From Felis catus (lineage: Eukaryota): DNA of 64,000 nucleotides. This document shows, piece by piece, positions 37,644 through 49,320 of this stretch; within the stretch, counting starts at the first letter, position 1; the number at the start of each line of letters is the position of its first letter. The notes under the pieces are model-generated. The model saw nothing but the letters and a program-made list of their open reading frames with translations. It was not told where the DNA came from and did not search any database. The translations under genes were made by a program, and so were the position numbers. The DNA lies in contig NC_058381.1 of the NCBI RefSeq assembly GCF_018350175.1, forward strand, positions 744,001 through 808,000, given 5' to 3'.

Positions 37644-39849
37644 AAGAAAAGGGATGAATGAAATGGCTTTGAAGGCTCTTGCTGTTTGCAGGCGAAGCCA
37701 TCTGGGTAAGCCCGCGCAAGTCCGGACTCCCAGCTACAGCGTCACAGGGCGACGGCGCTTTGTCACGGACTGAGCCCTCCTGGCCTACCCGGCAGCAGGC
37801 ACAGACCTGAGCCCGAATCGCCCGGCGCTCCTGGCGACCAGCACGGCCCACGGCACTGCGTAGGGACTCCGTACATGCTGGGGAGCGGGAGGGGACGGGA
37901 AGGACCGCGCGGTGCGTGGATGAACACGTCCCTCGGACAAGTGTGTCCTTATTCAGAGCCCGTCTGCCTCCAGATGCCCTTTGCCGGTGTTCCCACGAGG
38001 CTGCGCCCCCCAGCCGGCCCGGCCTGTGCCTGCCGCACGGGGGCCAGGAACGCTGGGTGACGTGCCTGTGTCCACACCAACCTAACCTCGTTCGTTTGGT
38101 CCACGCGTGCTCACCGGACAAAGAGAGGCTTTAGGACGGTCCCTGCCCTTGATGGGTTTCCAGTTGCCCGGGAGGCACAGGGGCAGGTCAACGAGGCAGC
38201 GTCCCAGGGGGAGCCACACGGGTGCTGTGGGGGGAGGTGCAGCGGGGGCATGGGAACACCCAGCAGGTGGGCTCGGGGGTGCGGGGAGGCCTGGGCAGGG
38301 CCTCGGGACAGGTTGCACGCCACCCGGCAGAAGGAGCGTCCGAGCGTCTGCTCAGGGTCCACCTGGGCCCCCCCTGGCCGCCCACGGAGGAGCCAGCGAC
38401 CCCGCGCAGACCCACGGGGATTCAGGGGCAGCCTCAGTCTGAGTCCCAACAGTGGAGGGTCCTGAAGTCCCTCCTGACCATTCGTTCACTCGTTCATCCG
38501 TCCTTAGGGCGAACACGGTGCTGGCCTGCTCTGCACCAGGGGGCGGGAAGTCGTGACCCGCAAGCCGAGGTCCTTGTTCTTCCCGTGGGGCGCGCAAACT
38601 CCAGTGCGGGCTGTGTAAGTGCCGTGCACAGATCCTAAGGGCTGGGGTTGGGAGCGACGGAGGTGGGGGAGGGGGCATTTAATTGGTAAAATCAGCACGT
38701 GATCGAGCGCCTGAAGGATACCAAGGGGCAGATCCTTACCAAATCCGGGGCAGAGCGCTCAGGCAGCAGCCGTGGAAAGTGCACAGGCCCTGAGGATTAG
38801 CCGAGGCCAGCGAGGTGGGAAAGGGTGGAGGGAGCCGGGACACGGGGCAAAGGCGGTGGGGAGCCCCCCGGGTCGTGGTGCTGACTCCTGGGGGGCTCCG
38901 GCTCAGGCTCAGGGTTCCCGCATCTCCGCCAGGCTCCTGCCACGAGCACAAGGCCCCAGGGCTGGATCCAACAGGCTTGCCCGTGTGGGGGCCCACGCCA
39001 TGCCCCACCCACAGTGCCCGCTGGGTCGGACGAGGACGGGGGACAGGCCACACGACGCCGGCCCCCGTGGCCCTGTCTCCCTCCGCGGCGGCTCTGGGGA
39101 GCACGGGCTGGACAGGAGTGAGCACCAGCAGGGTGTGATGGGAGCACGGCGCTCAGCCCGCGGCCAGGCTGCGCGCCGTGTCGGAGGCGCAGAAGCACCA
39201 CAAGGGTGTGAGGACGTGGGAAGGGAAGGGTGAAACGTTTCAGAAACGCACCCGTGGCTGCACTTTGCAGACGGGCCAGCAGAGAGGAAGGGGACGGTGG
39301 GGGACGGTAAACTGCACTAGTGGGGCCTGGGGCTGGCCGGGGACGGTCCCGAATCCCGGTTTTCCAAGGTGAATGTGGCCGGGGCCCAAGCCTCAATGCC
39401 AGGACCTTCCCCTGAAGTATCCGGGGGTGTCCTGACGTCCAAAGAACCCGGTCTAGGGGTAGAGGAGGGGGAAGGGTCCTGCGGCAAGGCCTCGCCGGGG
39501 GGGAGGACGGCGGGCTCTCCCAAGTGGTCACCCCAAGGCAAGACAGCTGGGGTTTCTATTAACAGCTGCCACCTCGGGCCTGTTGCTTCTCGGCTAAGGT
39601 CGGGCCTCCGCCGCCCTGCGGGGATGGCCTGACCTCTGCTGTCCACTGCCTGTCATGGCATGGATGCTAAGCCGGGCGCGGACGGACTCGGAGGGGCTCT
39701 GTAGCGGGAGGAGGCCTCGGATAGCGCTTTCCTCCAACGGGTTTGACGTGACTCCCAGTGTGAGCATGTCCCACACGGTCACAGCACACAGCACCTCCAC
39801 AGGCACTTCTCACCTTTACGGCGTGTGAACGCTCGGGCAGATTCCGCAC

Positions 39850-40950
39850 TTTTCTGTGTTCGCTTCGTTAATGAGAAGAACGCAGGTTGCCATCCACAGA
39901 ATTGACGTCACAGTCCCAGATTTTCTTCTGGAGTTTAGTGTGCTGAATGCCCACCCTCGCTTCCCAAGCTCCGGCCACAGATCCCAAACACGCAGTGAAC
40001 CCCGAATGAGAAACAGGAAGAGGGTGGGGGTGCCTGGGGGGCTCAGTCGGTTAAGTGTCCGACTCTCGATTTCCACTCAGGTCATGATCTCACGGTTCGT
40101 GAGTTCGAGCCCCGCGTCCGGCTCTGTGCTGATGGCTCACAGCCTGGAGGCTGCTTGGGATTCTGGGTCTCCCTCTCCCTCTGTTCCTCCCCTGCTCACA
40201 CTCTGTCTCTCAAAAAATGAATAAATGTTAAAAAAAAAAAAAAGAAGGCATTGGAATAACACTTTTAATGTACAGAGAGAGAAAGAAAGTAAGGATTCTC
40301 TGTCCAGGAAAAAACATATTTCAAACACGAGGACAAACTCACAGCTTTACTGGACACACAACACCGGGAAACCTGCACTGACAAAGGGCTTCGGGCAGGA
40401 GGGAGGAAGGCGCGAGGGGACCGAGACCCTCTGCACCCACGCGAAGGGACGGGCCTCCCGCGTCCCTGACGGTGCGAGGGAATAGGACCTTCAGAAGTTG
40501 TTATTGACATTTCTAGAAAACATCATCGAATACGCCAGCCACGAACGCGGGGTCTGCGACGTGGGGGACACACAGGAGGACGGCAGCGGAGGCGGGGGAC
40601 GGGGGCGAACCCTCCAAGGCTCCCGTGCTGCACGCCACGCACATAGCATCCACGTGTGGGCACAGCGTGGTCCGAAACGGGCTCTGTGAACCCTGACGAA
40701 ACCCGTAACGGGAAAGAGAAAGAGTAAATCAGCCAACCCCGTCAATAATCACAGAAAATAGAAGCTGCCTACACATCCCGAGTTAAAGGCTGAAACGATT
40801 ACGTCAGGAGAAAAAACCAAGATCCGGCTACATGATACAGCATGTCCTCCATACACGGGAAGACGGGCATTTCCTACCCGTAAAGGGCCAATTTATCAAC
40901 AAGACATGATGACGCTTCTGTACCTAATAACACCTTCAAAGGTATAATGA
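39850..40950 (+). mobile_element. Decayed LINE-1 ORF1-end / ORF2-endonuclease remnant, interrupted by a SINE
   Basis: tggaataacacttttaatgtacag (WNNxFxV), aaaaaccaagatccggctacatg (KxQDP), taaagggccaatttatcaacaagacat..gtacctaataac (KGxIxQxD..PNN). Confidence 0.55.
40027..40243 (+). mobile_element. CAN-SINE
   Basis: SINEC head, CT tract, poly-A. Confidence 0.9.
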
Positions 40951-41835
40951 GCTGTTTACAGAGTCTCCTGGGAATGAGAGTGTCTGGAGAATTCCACAGA
41001 AGTGTTGCTCCTGTCTCTCCTCCTCCTCTGGTTTTAGTCTCGTGCACAGTGCTCCCTGCAAATTCACCTTAGGGACACCACGCTCACACTCACCTCCACT
41101 TGGCTATGACAAGAAACCGTCCCAGGAGGCAGGAAGCAGTGGTTGTAAGGATGTCTGCTCCCGGCCAAACTGCCTTCGGCCGCTGTGGACTTCAGCCTTT
41201 CCATCTGTACCACGAAGATCGACTGTGATGGGGGGAAAATGGGGGTGGGGTGGGTTTAAACAGTGAAGTCTTTCTCTGGGCCACAGCATGCGGAAGCCCC
41301 TAGAAGCTGGGTCACGGATCCAGGGCAGGATGCCCAGAGCACAGACCAGATGCCTCACTGGTTCTTCCCATGGCTTGTGTGATGGGGGGGGGAAAGAGGG
41401 TCCCGTTAAGGGCATTCTTTCGAGCCTTTTCCACACAGCTGACCGCGGTTACGCACATGCTGGAGTCCCTGAGCTGCCCTCAGCTTACGTTTAAACGGAT
41501 GGATTACGAGGATGGTGACAGGTGCTGACTCGTACTTGCTTAGTTTTCCAAACTAACCTGGTCGGCGAGAACCACAGACAGCTACCTAGCTCGATCAACC
41601 CAAGGGATTAGTAGACGGAGCCATTGACGGCGGGCGTTCTTGGCAGGGGCGGAGGGACAGCATTGCTCTCTGCTTCTTGTGCACCTGCTGGGCTCAGCCT
41701 CACATCCACGTCGCAGGTACAGAAGCTCCCACGGTGTGTGGTGGGGGGAGGGCACACAGACACGGTACACAGAAGGTGCTTCAAACATTATGACCGATAG
41801 AAACTTCTTTAACATACAGGGCATTTTATTTACTC

Positions 41836-42045
41836 TTTTTAAGTTTAATTAGTTTTGAGAGAGAGAGAGAGAGTGTGTGTGTGTGTGTGTGTGTGTGTGA
41901 GCGGGAGACAGGCAGAAAGGGAGACAGAGAGAATCCCAAGCAGCACAGAGCCCTACGTAGGGCTCGAACTCACGAACCGTGAGATCATGACCTGAGCTGA
42001 GATCAAGAGTCAGACGCTTCACCGACGGAGCCACCCTGGTGCCCC
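41836..42045 (-). mobile_element. CAN-SINE with internal (GA)n(GT)n microsatellite
   Basis: Reverse-complement SINEC head at 41950-42045. Confidence 0.85.
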
Positions 42046-42624
42046 AACACACGGGGTCATTTTAAACCTGTGGACTCGCAGATGTAAAGCAGAGTACGTG
42101 ACAAATACCTTGTGATATCCTTTTCCTTCATAACTCGTGTCTTTTGTTGGATGCCATCTTGCTCTGTGTATGCCTCTCTGGGTTTCAGCTTTGAAGCACG
42201 GATAAGTGAAATTGGGAAGGACAAACTTACACAAAACCCCTTTTTTTATGGCATGATCATAACAAAGAGAAGGAAGCTCCCAGAATCCCGTATCCTTTCA
42301 AGAGAACCAATCATCTGGAAATCAAGTCTTTGGCGTTTCCAGTAATCTTCCAAGCCGTCTTCCCCGTGCTACTACGAAGGGGTACGGAAGCGATGGATGC
42401 AGAAAGGTCTAGAAGGATATGCACCAGGCTGCTGACATCAATGATTTCCAGAGGATGTAATGGAAAGGAATGATGACAAATTATTAAATTTTTCTTTACA
42501 CATCATTGAATTATCTTCATTTGTTACACGTAACACATATCACCTTTGTAATAAAAATGTCAGTAAGGAACATTGTTAAAGAAAAGCAACTACTTTGTTC
42601 ATTAAAAAAACCCCGCTGATTTCT

Positions 42625-43336
42625 GGGGCACCCGGGTGGCTAGGTCGGTTAAGCATCCGACTTCAGCTCAGGTCATGATCTCATGGTTCACGAGTTCGAG
42701 CCCCGCGTTGGGCTCCGTGCCGACAGCTCAGGGCCTGGAGCTTACTTTGGATTCTTTGTCTCCCTCTCTGTCTGCTCCTCCCCCACTCATGCTCTCTCTG
42801 TCTCTGTCTCTCTCTCAAAAATAAGTAAACATTAAAAAATGTTTAAAAACCCCATTGATTTCTGGGCGACTGGGTAGCTCAGTTGGCTAAGCGTCTAACT
42901 TGGGTCATGATGTCGCAGTTTGTGAGTTCGAACCCTGTGTCGGGCTCTGTGCTGACAACTCGGAGCCTGGAGCCTGCTTCCGATTCTGTGTCTCCCTCTC
43001 TCTGCCCCTCCCCTGCTCACACTCTGTCTCCCGCTGTCTCTCAAAAATAAACAAACAGTAAAAAAATTTTTTAAACAAAAAAATTTAAAAAAATAAACAT
43101 AAAAACCACTGATTGGGGCGCCTGCATGGCTCAGTCAGTTGAGTGCCCAACTCTTGATTTCGGCTCAGGTCATGATCTTGCGGTTCGTGAATTCGAGCCC
43201 TGCATCGGGCTCTGCGCTGATCCCTGCACGGAGCCTGCTTGGGATTCTTTCTCTGCCCCCCCCCCCCCACTAGTACACTATCTCTCTCTCTCTCAAAATG
43301 AGTATTAAAATAAATTAATTAACGAATTAAAAAAAA
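42625..43336 (+). mobile_element. Three head-to-tail CAN-SINEs (starts at 42625, 42864, 43115)
   Basis: Three heads, CT tracts and A-tails separated by copies of the same target site. Confidence 0.92.
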
Positions 43337-43876
43337 CACCGATTAAGAGAGTGTTTGTATATAATGCACATGGTCTGTCATGCTAAAAAGAATTAGTAAG
43401 CTCACCAGAGACTAAATTCCAAAGTCTAATTGTTAGTTTACAGCATCAGTTTTATGAGTCAGAAGCTTTAGGGTAGCCTCTGGGGTTTTACACCACCCCC
43501 CTGGCCTGAGCCCCTGAGCCCCCGAGCCCAGGGCACTGCCCCGTGATTAGATGAAGTGGTGTGGGTCATGACTTAGCACAGTGCCTGGCAATGGCCAGTG
43601 CCCGACCCCACCGCGAGGCCCTGCAGAATCAAGGTCACCTACACCTGCTAGATGGGACTGCCCACCCACCTTCCCTCCAGGGATAAATGTCACAGGAGTC
43701 ACTGACAGCAGGCAGGTAAGGTGTCCTCAAAATCAACATCTCCCTCTCTCGGAGCACCTGTCCTGACATGTGACAGAGGCCACTGCCTCTAACCCTCTCC
43801 AGCAGCAAATCCTTCTACCAAGTGGGGTGCTTCCCCCAACGGACCACGCTCTAGCCTTCTAAGCTGCTAGAATCTT

Positions 43877-44097
43877 CAGAATTTTCAACCTTGATACCGT
43901 TGGTATTTGGGGCCGAGTGGTTCTCTATTGTCGGGGGTGGGGCGGGGTCCTGCACATTGTGGCACGTTTATTGGCATCCCTGGGCTCCACCCGCTAGATT
44001 CCAGAAGCGTCCAACCCGCACAGTTGTGACAAAAATATCTCCAGACACTGCCAAGTGTCCCCTGCGGGGCCAGAGTGCCCCCAGTGGAGAACCACTG
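43877..44097 (-). mobile_element. Near full-length MER20
   Basis: Ends in gagaaccactg; internal gttgtgacaaaaatatctccagacactgccaagtgtcccct; ~220 bp. Confidence 0.8.
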
Positions 44098-44449
44098 TTA
44101 CCGGTTCAGGTGGCCTTGGCCCTCCCATGAGGACCTGGGACTAGGATGACAGGCTGATAGCCACACCCCCCGCCCCCGCCTCCCCCGCCAAAAACAAAAC
44201 CAAAAACCCAGGACATGAACCTTGGAGACCTTCCCAGGAGCAGTAGTAGCCTGTGAAAGCCAAGATTTGTCTACCATTTTAGTGCAAACTTTCTCCCTTT
44301 TGGGTGGCCACCAGGAGGCTCTGGGCAAGGGAAAATTGTGGCAGGTCCCTGTGGGGCTGAGAGAGGGGAAGGGGTGTTCAGCCAGCTGGTACTCGCGAAT
44401 CCATTCACGGGGCATAAAAGGAGCGGGACAGACTGGCAGGTGACAGTCA

Positions 44450-44770
44450 CTCAGTCCCGTGGCTTTAATGCCACCCATGCACCCACGAGCTCTCAATTTG
44501 TACTTCCAACCCTCACCCGTCACGGTAGCCAGCCTCCTGCACCCCGCCGCCCCTCTGCGTCTGCGGGTATTCTGCAGGCATCTCAGACTCAACATGCCAC
44601 ACCTCAACTGGGTTTCCCCCCCAGACCTGTCTTCCCTAGTGACCCTCATCCCAGGAACTGGCACCACCGCGCACCGGACCGCTCGAGTCATTCTTGGTTC
44701 TCTTGTTCCTCTCCCTCACCTTCCACGTCCATCAGTCATGTCAGCCCTGCCTCCAAAACACGTCCCTATC
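44450..44770. mobile_element. LINE-2 fragment
   Basis: tcccgtggctttaatgccacc..., caggcatctcagactcaacatgcc.., ctgcctccaaaa. Confidence 0.55.
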
Positions 44771-45620
44771 GGCCGTGTCTCCTCTAGCTCCCCCTCGGCC
44801 GGCGCCGCGGCTCTGCCTCTGACCCTCTGCGAGCCGCCTCCCGAGGCTGCGCGGGGCCGGTGGGCGGGGCCTGCGAGGAACCGGAGGAGGGGCCTGCGCG
44901 GAGCCAGGGGGCGGGGCCCGCGGGAGCCAGAGGAGGGGCCTGTGAGGGGCCGGGGGGCGGGGCCTGCGAAGGGCCGGGGGGCGGGGTCGCAGCCGGAGCT
45001 GGAGAGCGGGGCCTGCACGGGTCCGACCCCGCCCCGCATCCCACACTGCCCCGCGACCGGAAGAGGGGCCGCCGCTTCCGGAACCTGCGGGCAGATTGCT
45101 CGTGGGGCCGGTGGCAGCGGGGCGGCTTTGCTCGCGATGGCCGCGGCCGTCGCTATGGAGACAGGTAAGTAGCGCTCGGGACCCTAGCAAACACAGGTGC
45201 CCCGGGCCAGACATCTCTTCCCGCTTCCCCGGGGACTCCTTTGCGGCGCAGCTCCGGCGGGGCTCCTGTCCGCGGCTCCTTCCTTCTCACCTCTGCCGTT
45301 CGGACGCCGACCCCATCGGCCTCCCGGCGAGGCCCCAGTGGCAGGACGTGCTCCCGAACCGTCCCTTCCGCCGCTGGTTTTCCGCGTCCCCGATGAGCGT
45401 GCTTAAGTGTGAGATGTCGCCCGACTGTGAGCCTTTCTGCCCCTGACATTTCTCGAACCGGCGCACGTCCCGTCGGCCCGTTTGCAGCTTGCATTCTGGA
45501 CTTTCCCCGGGGTACTTAGCGGGGCTCTGAGGCGCGGTTATTACGACCTTCTCCCGCTGATCAGTCTGGAAATCTCGGGTCGTGGCTCCCGGGTGGTGGG
45601 TGTCCTGCCCCGTGGGTGCG
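44770..45620. promoter_or_regulatory. CpG island / MED31 promoter with GC-box array and ETS (CCGGAA) sites
   Basis: Multiple GGGCGGGG/GGAGGGG boxes at 44860-45015; CCGGAAG at ~45057 and TTCCGGAA at ~45076. Confidence 0.75.
45137..45164 (+). CDS. MED31: Mediator subunit 31, exon 1 (MAAAVAMET)
   Basis: gcgATGG start, ACAG|gtaagt donor, 28 nt. The four exons sum to 396 nt = 131 aa + stop. Confidence 0.93.
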
Positions 45621-45857
45621 CCTTTTGCTCTTGTCTTTAGAGGAGCGCCTCACTTGATCTTGTTGAGCAGAGCGCTCTCTGCTTCCCCCGGACTAGTGGA
45701 GAAGGGCCACCTTCCCCCACGCCCAGTTTAGGAAAACCACGCCGTGCCCTTACTTTTGCAGAAATACGTTCTCAGCGGCAGTCACGTCTTTTTCTACAAG
45801 TCAGTGTTCTAGATGGTGACCTTTATTTTGGGTGACTTTTGCTGTATTCCGTCCTAG

Positions 45858-45935
45858 ATGATGCTGGAAATCGACTTCGGTTTCAGTTGGAGTTGGAATT
45901 CGTGCAGTGTTTAGCCAACCCCAATTACCTTAATT
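45858..45935 (+). CDS. MED31: MED31 exon 2 (DAGNRLRFQLELEFVQCLANPNYLN)
   Basis: cctag|AT ... T|gtaagt, 78 nt; SOH1/Med31 signature RFQLELEFVQCLANP. Confidence 0.96.
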
Positions 45936-46062
45936 GTAAGTTGTTGGGCGCCTGATGGAATTGAGTACCTGTTAACATCTCTGACAAGAAGAATTGCAGT
46001 TCGTAATAATGTCTACTTTTATGTATGCTCAGTTCAGTGGGATCACTGCTACACTTAAACGG

Positions 46063-46112
46063 GTGCGCGCGCGTGCGTGCGTGCGTGCGTGTGTGTGTGT
46101 GTGTGTGTGTGT
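46063..46112. repeat. (GC)n(GCGT)n(GT)n alternating purine-pyrimidine tract in MED31 intron 2
   Basis: Seen directly. Confidence 0.9.
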
Positions 46113-46260
46113 CTGAACGGACTGGGACTTATGTTCTGAATTCAGTGTGTGGTGGTGGTGGGGATTTACATACGTAGATTCTGTATGCTAGGGGTCATCG
46201 ATCGGTATTTCCAGGATTGGTTTGCTCTACAGATATATTTTTTGTTTTTATGCCTTTCAG

Positions 46261-46357
46261 TTCTTGCCCAAAGAGGTTACTTCAAAGACAAAGCTTTTGT
46301 TAATTATCTTAAGTACTTGCTTTACTGGAAAGAACCAGAATATGCCAAGTATCTAAA
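46261..46357 (+). CDS. MED31: MED31 exon 3 (LAQRGYFKDKAFVNYLKYLLYWKEPEYAKYL)
   Basis: ttcag|TT ... AA|gtaagt, 97 nt. Confidence 0.96.
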
Positions 46358-46904
46358 GTAAGTTTAATTTTTACAGTCCTAAATATGTATGTAGTGTATT
46401 TATTCCAAGATACTGACATTTAACAGACTTTGTAGTTTCACATTGGAAAAAATGTATTTTGAACCCCTCTACGTCTTTAGTTTCTCCGCCTCATCTCTAA
46501 GTTGGGTTACTGTGCAATCTCACTGCTCATCCCTGCCTCTCTTACCCTCATCCTGTGTCCTCCCGCCTCCAAGCCAAAGGAAGCAAAATAATTTTCTACA
46601 CAGAAGCCATCTTGCTCTTTCAAAAATGTTACGACAGGACACTTTGCTGCTTAGAGCCTGTCAGTGCCCTCCCATCCCATGCAGAACAGAGTCCCTTCTC
46701 TTTACCTGGGCTCAGGCTCTGTGTGCCCTAGCTCTGTCTTGTCTGACTGTACTTGTACTGCTCACCCCATCTCTCTGCGTTTCCGACCCTGATGAACCCA
46801 CAGTCTTTAAATGCAATGGCATAGTCGTCGGCTGAAAACTGAAGAACATAGGGCACTTATCAGCAAGATTTTCTGGAGGGGGTGACCTTATCTGATTCTT
46901 ATTA

Positions 46905-47318
46905 CGGTCACATCTCAGATTTTGTGGGTTTGTTCCAGACCATTGCAAGAAGGTGAACCCTGCAGTAAAGCAAGCCAAATGAATTTTTCGGTTTCCCAGT
47001 GTATAAAGCTTATGTTCACACAATACTGCAGGCTATTAAATGTGCAATAGTGTTTAAAAAAAAAAGGTAGATATTTTAATTAAAAAATATATTGTTAAAA
47101 AATGCTGACCATCATCTAAGCTTTTAGGAAGTCGTGATCACAGATCACCATAACAAATATAATAATAATGAAAAGTTTAAAATGTGAGAATTATTAAAAT
47201 GCGACACGGGGACATGAGGTAAGCAAATGCTGTTGGAAAAATGGTGCGGGCAGACTTGCTTGATGAAGGGTTGCCACAAACCTTTAGTTTGTAAAAGAAA
47301 AAAAAGGCAGTATGTCTG
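46905..47318 (-). mobile_element. Internally deleted Tigger1-type (Tc1/mariner-pogo) non-autonomous element
   Basis: Both Tigger1 ends recognisable (gttccagaccattgcaa; tgctgttggaaaaatggtgc..agacttgctt..gggttgccacaaacctt; gtatgtctg), flanked by TA on each side. Confidence 0.8.
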
Positions 47319-47452
47319 TAGCTATTGTCTTTCTTTAGAGCTCATATGTGCAAGAATTGTGTTCTTTAAACCTTGAACTCAGGCCTTTTCTTTGTCTAGG
47401 TAATCAGAAGGCAATGGTGAAACTTGTCTTTTTTTTTTTCCCTTGTCTTTTT

Positions 47453-47678
47453 CTTTAAAAAGAATTTTTTTTTTTAATATTTGTTTTGAGAGACAGGGCG
47501 AGAGCATGAGTGGGGGAGGGGTGGAGAGAGAGAGAGAGAGGGAGACACAGAATCTGAAGCAGGCTCCAGACTCTGAGCCGTCAGCACGGAGCCCGATGCT
47601 GGGCTCGAACCCACGAACCGCGAGGTCATGACCTGAGCCGAAGTCAGATGCTTAACCAACTGAGCCACCCAGGCGCCC
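47453..47678 (-). mobile_element. CAN-SINE in MED31 intron 3
   Basis: Reverse-complement SINEC, flanked by CTTGTCTTTTT. Confidence 0.92.
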
Positions 47679-47852
47679 TTCTTGTCTTTTTCTTTTTTAA
47701 ACCAAACACATTTGAGAGGGAAATGACTCAAACTTGTACTTTATCCAATTCACTTTTTTGATCTGTGTCTAATAACTGGTTTTTGAAGCCCGCATCTCTC
47801 TGCCTGCAGGACCCCTTTGCTCCCTTACTGGTCCTTTTTAAACAGCCACTTA

Positions 47853-48091
47853 CTTATTTTTATTTTTATTTTTTTTTTAAATTTTTTTCAATGTTTATTT
47901 ATTTTTGGGACAGAGAGAGACAGAGCATGAACGGGGGAGGGGCAGAGAGAGAGGGAGACACAGAATCGGAAACAGTCTCCAGGCTCCGAGCCATCAGCCC
48001 AGAGCCTGACGCGGGGCTCGAACTCACGGACTGCGAGATCGTGACCTGGCTGAAGTCGGACACTTAACCGACTGCGCCACCCAGGCACCCC
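47853..48091 (-). mobile_element. CAN-SINE (young SINEC_Fc-like) with TSD
   Basis: TSD AACAGCCACTTA at 47841-47852 and 48092-48103. Confidence 0.93.
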
Positions 48092-49199
48092 AACAGCCAC
48101 TTATTTAATAATCACAGTGAAGACTTTATTAGGTGGTGTGTGTACGTAGACTTGGAGACTCCGTGTGGACACAGGGCCACAGGCACGGGGAGTTCTGTGT
48201 CCCCCCAGTGTTGGTGGGATGGCCAGCTGCGCTCTGGAGGGCTCCAGGGAGGGCCTGTTGCTCTGTTTAGGGACAGCCGGTTCCCTTGCTAGCTGCGTGA
48301 CGGGAAGTGTTTCCTTTTATTGGGCTATGATACCCCCGTGTGCAGCTTCAACCCAGATCTCCAGTTTTGCCCCTGAGTCAATCCGGAACCGTCTGTGACC
48401 CCTTGAGGCAACGGCCCTTCAGATGTTTGCATTCAAGAGAGGTTGCAGGCTAACCGCTGTGGGCGTGTGTCATCAGTCGCAGGAGGCTTTTGTTTAAGAG
48501 TTGCTGACCTTAAAGGTCGGAGAGTTTCGTATAATAATCCAGACTTGTAGTTACTCCCTAAATCTGGAGGGTCTGCTCACTGCGGGGCTTCCCCCTTCCA
48601 TGTTGGGGCTGGCTCACCTGAGGGGCGGCCGCCGCGTGCAGACCCTGGCACCGCTCGTCCTGCTTCCCTGGTAGCCGGTACCCGCCCCTGCGACGTAGCC
48701 CTTACCCGTGCTTTCTCAGCCGCTGTCAGCCGTTTCTCACGCGCCCTCCCTGGGGTATTTTGCAACCGTGCCCTCCGCTGTTCTGCCAGGAACTAGACAC
48801 AGGCCTTCGGGTTCAGTCAGGGTCCGGTGGACCAGCCACACTTCTTCAGGTGGACGTTACGCTCCAGTAAGTGTAACTTGAGTTCCTGTTACTTTTTCAT
48901 GGGGGGGGGGGGGGGGCAGGGATTCACATCGCCGACTCGCCGAGAGCTTTATGCCAACTCCAACTCCTCTGTTCTTGTTTTCATCAGTGCTGTTAACTGA
49001 GTTCTCCGTTTATGCCTCATTTACTTTTCCGAAATCTAAAGGGGCAACTTTCCTTTGGTACCTCTTACTTCCTCTTGTCAGTTAAGGCCAGAGTTGTAGC
49101 CTGTGAAAATACTTACTCTGAGCGTTGTCTTTACAAGTTTGAGAGATGATCACTGTGTGTCCGAGTTCCGTTTACTGACCGAATGCCACCTGAGACCAC

Positions 49200-49320
49200 T
49201 CTCTTGGTTGTCACGGTGGTTTAGGTTACAGGTGAGGAAGCTAAAGCTGCCCGAGGTTGAGAACCTGGTCCAAGGCCAGCCAGCTGGTGAGTGGCGGGGC
49301 TGGTATTCAAACCCAGGTCT
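49200..49320. mobile_element. MIR core
   Basis: ttacaggtgaggaagct..gaggttgagaacctggtccaaggcca..cagctggtgagtggcggggctggtattcaaacccaggtct. Confidence 0.75.

Noticed and set aside
25550-39800. Dozens of 60-300 aa Pro/Gly/Arg-rich ORFs between SLC13A5 and MED31; possible ALOX15-like pseudogene as in the human interval
   Set aside because: No coherent exon chain or recognisable motif, and no lipoxygenase-like peptide seen
44459-45136. In-frame upstream extension of MED31 (237-aa ORF)
   Set aside because: It runs through an L2 remnant and the GC-box promoter. The canonical 131-aa protein begins at 45137.
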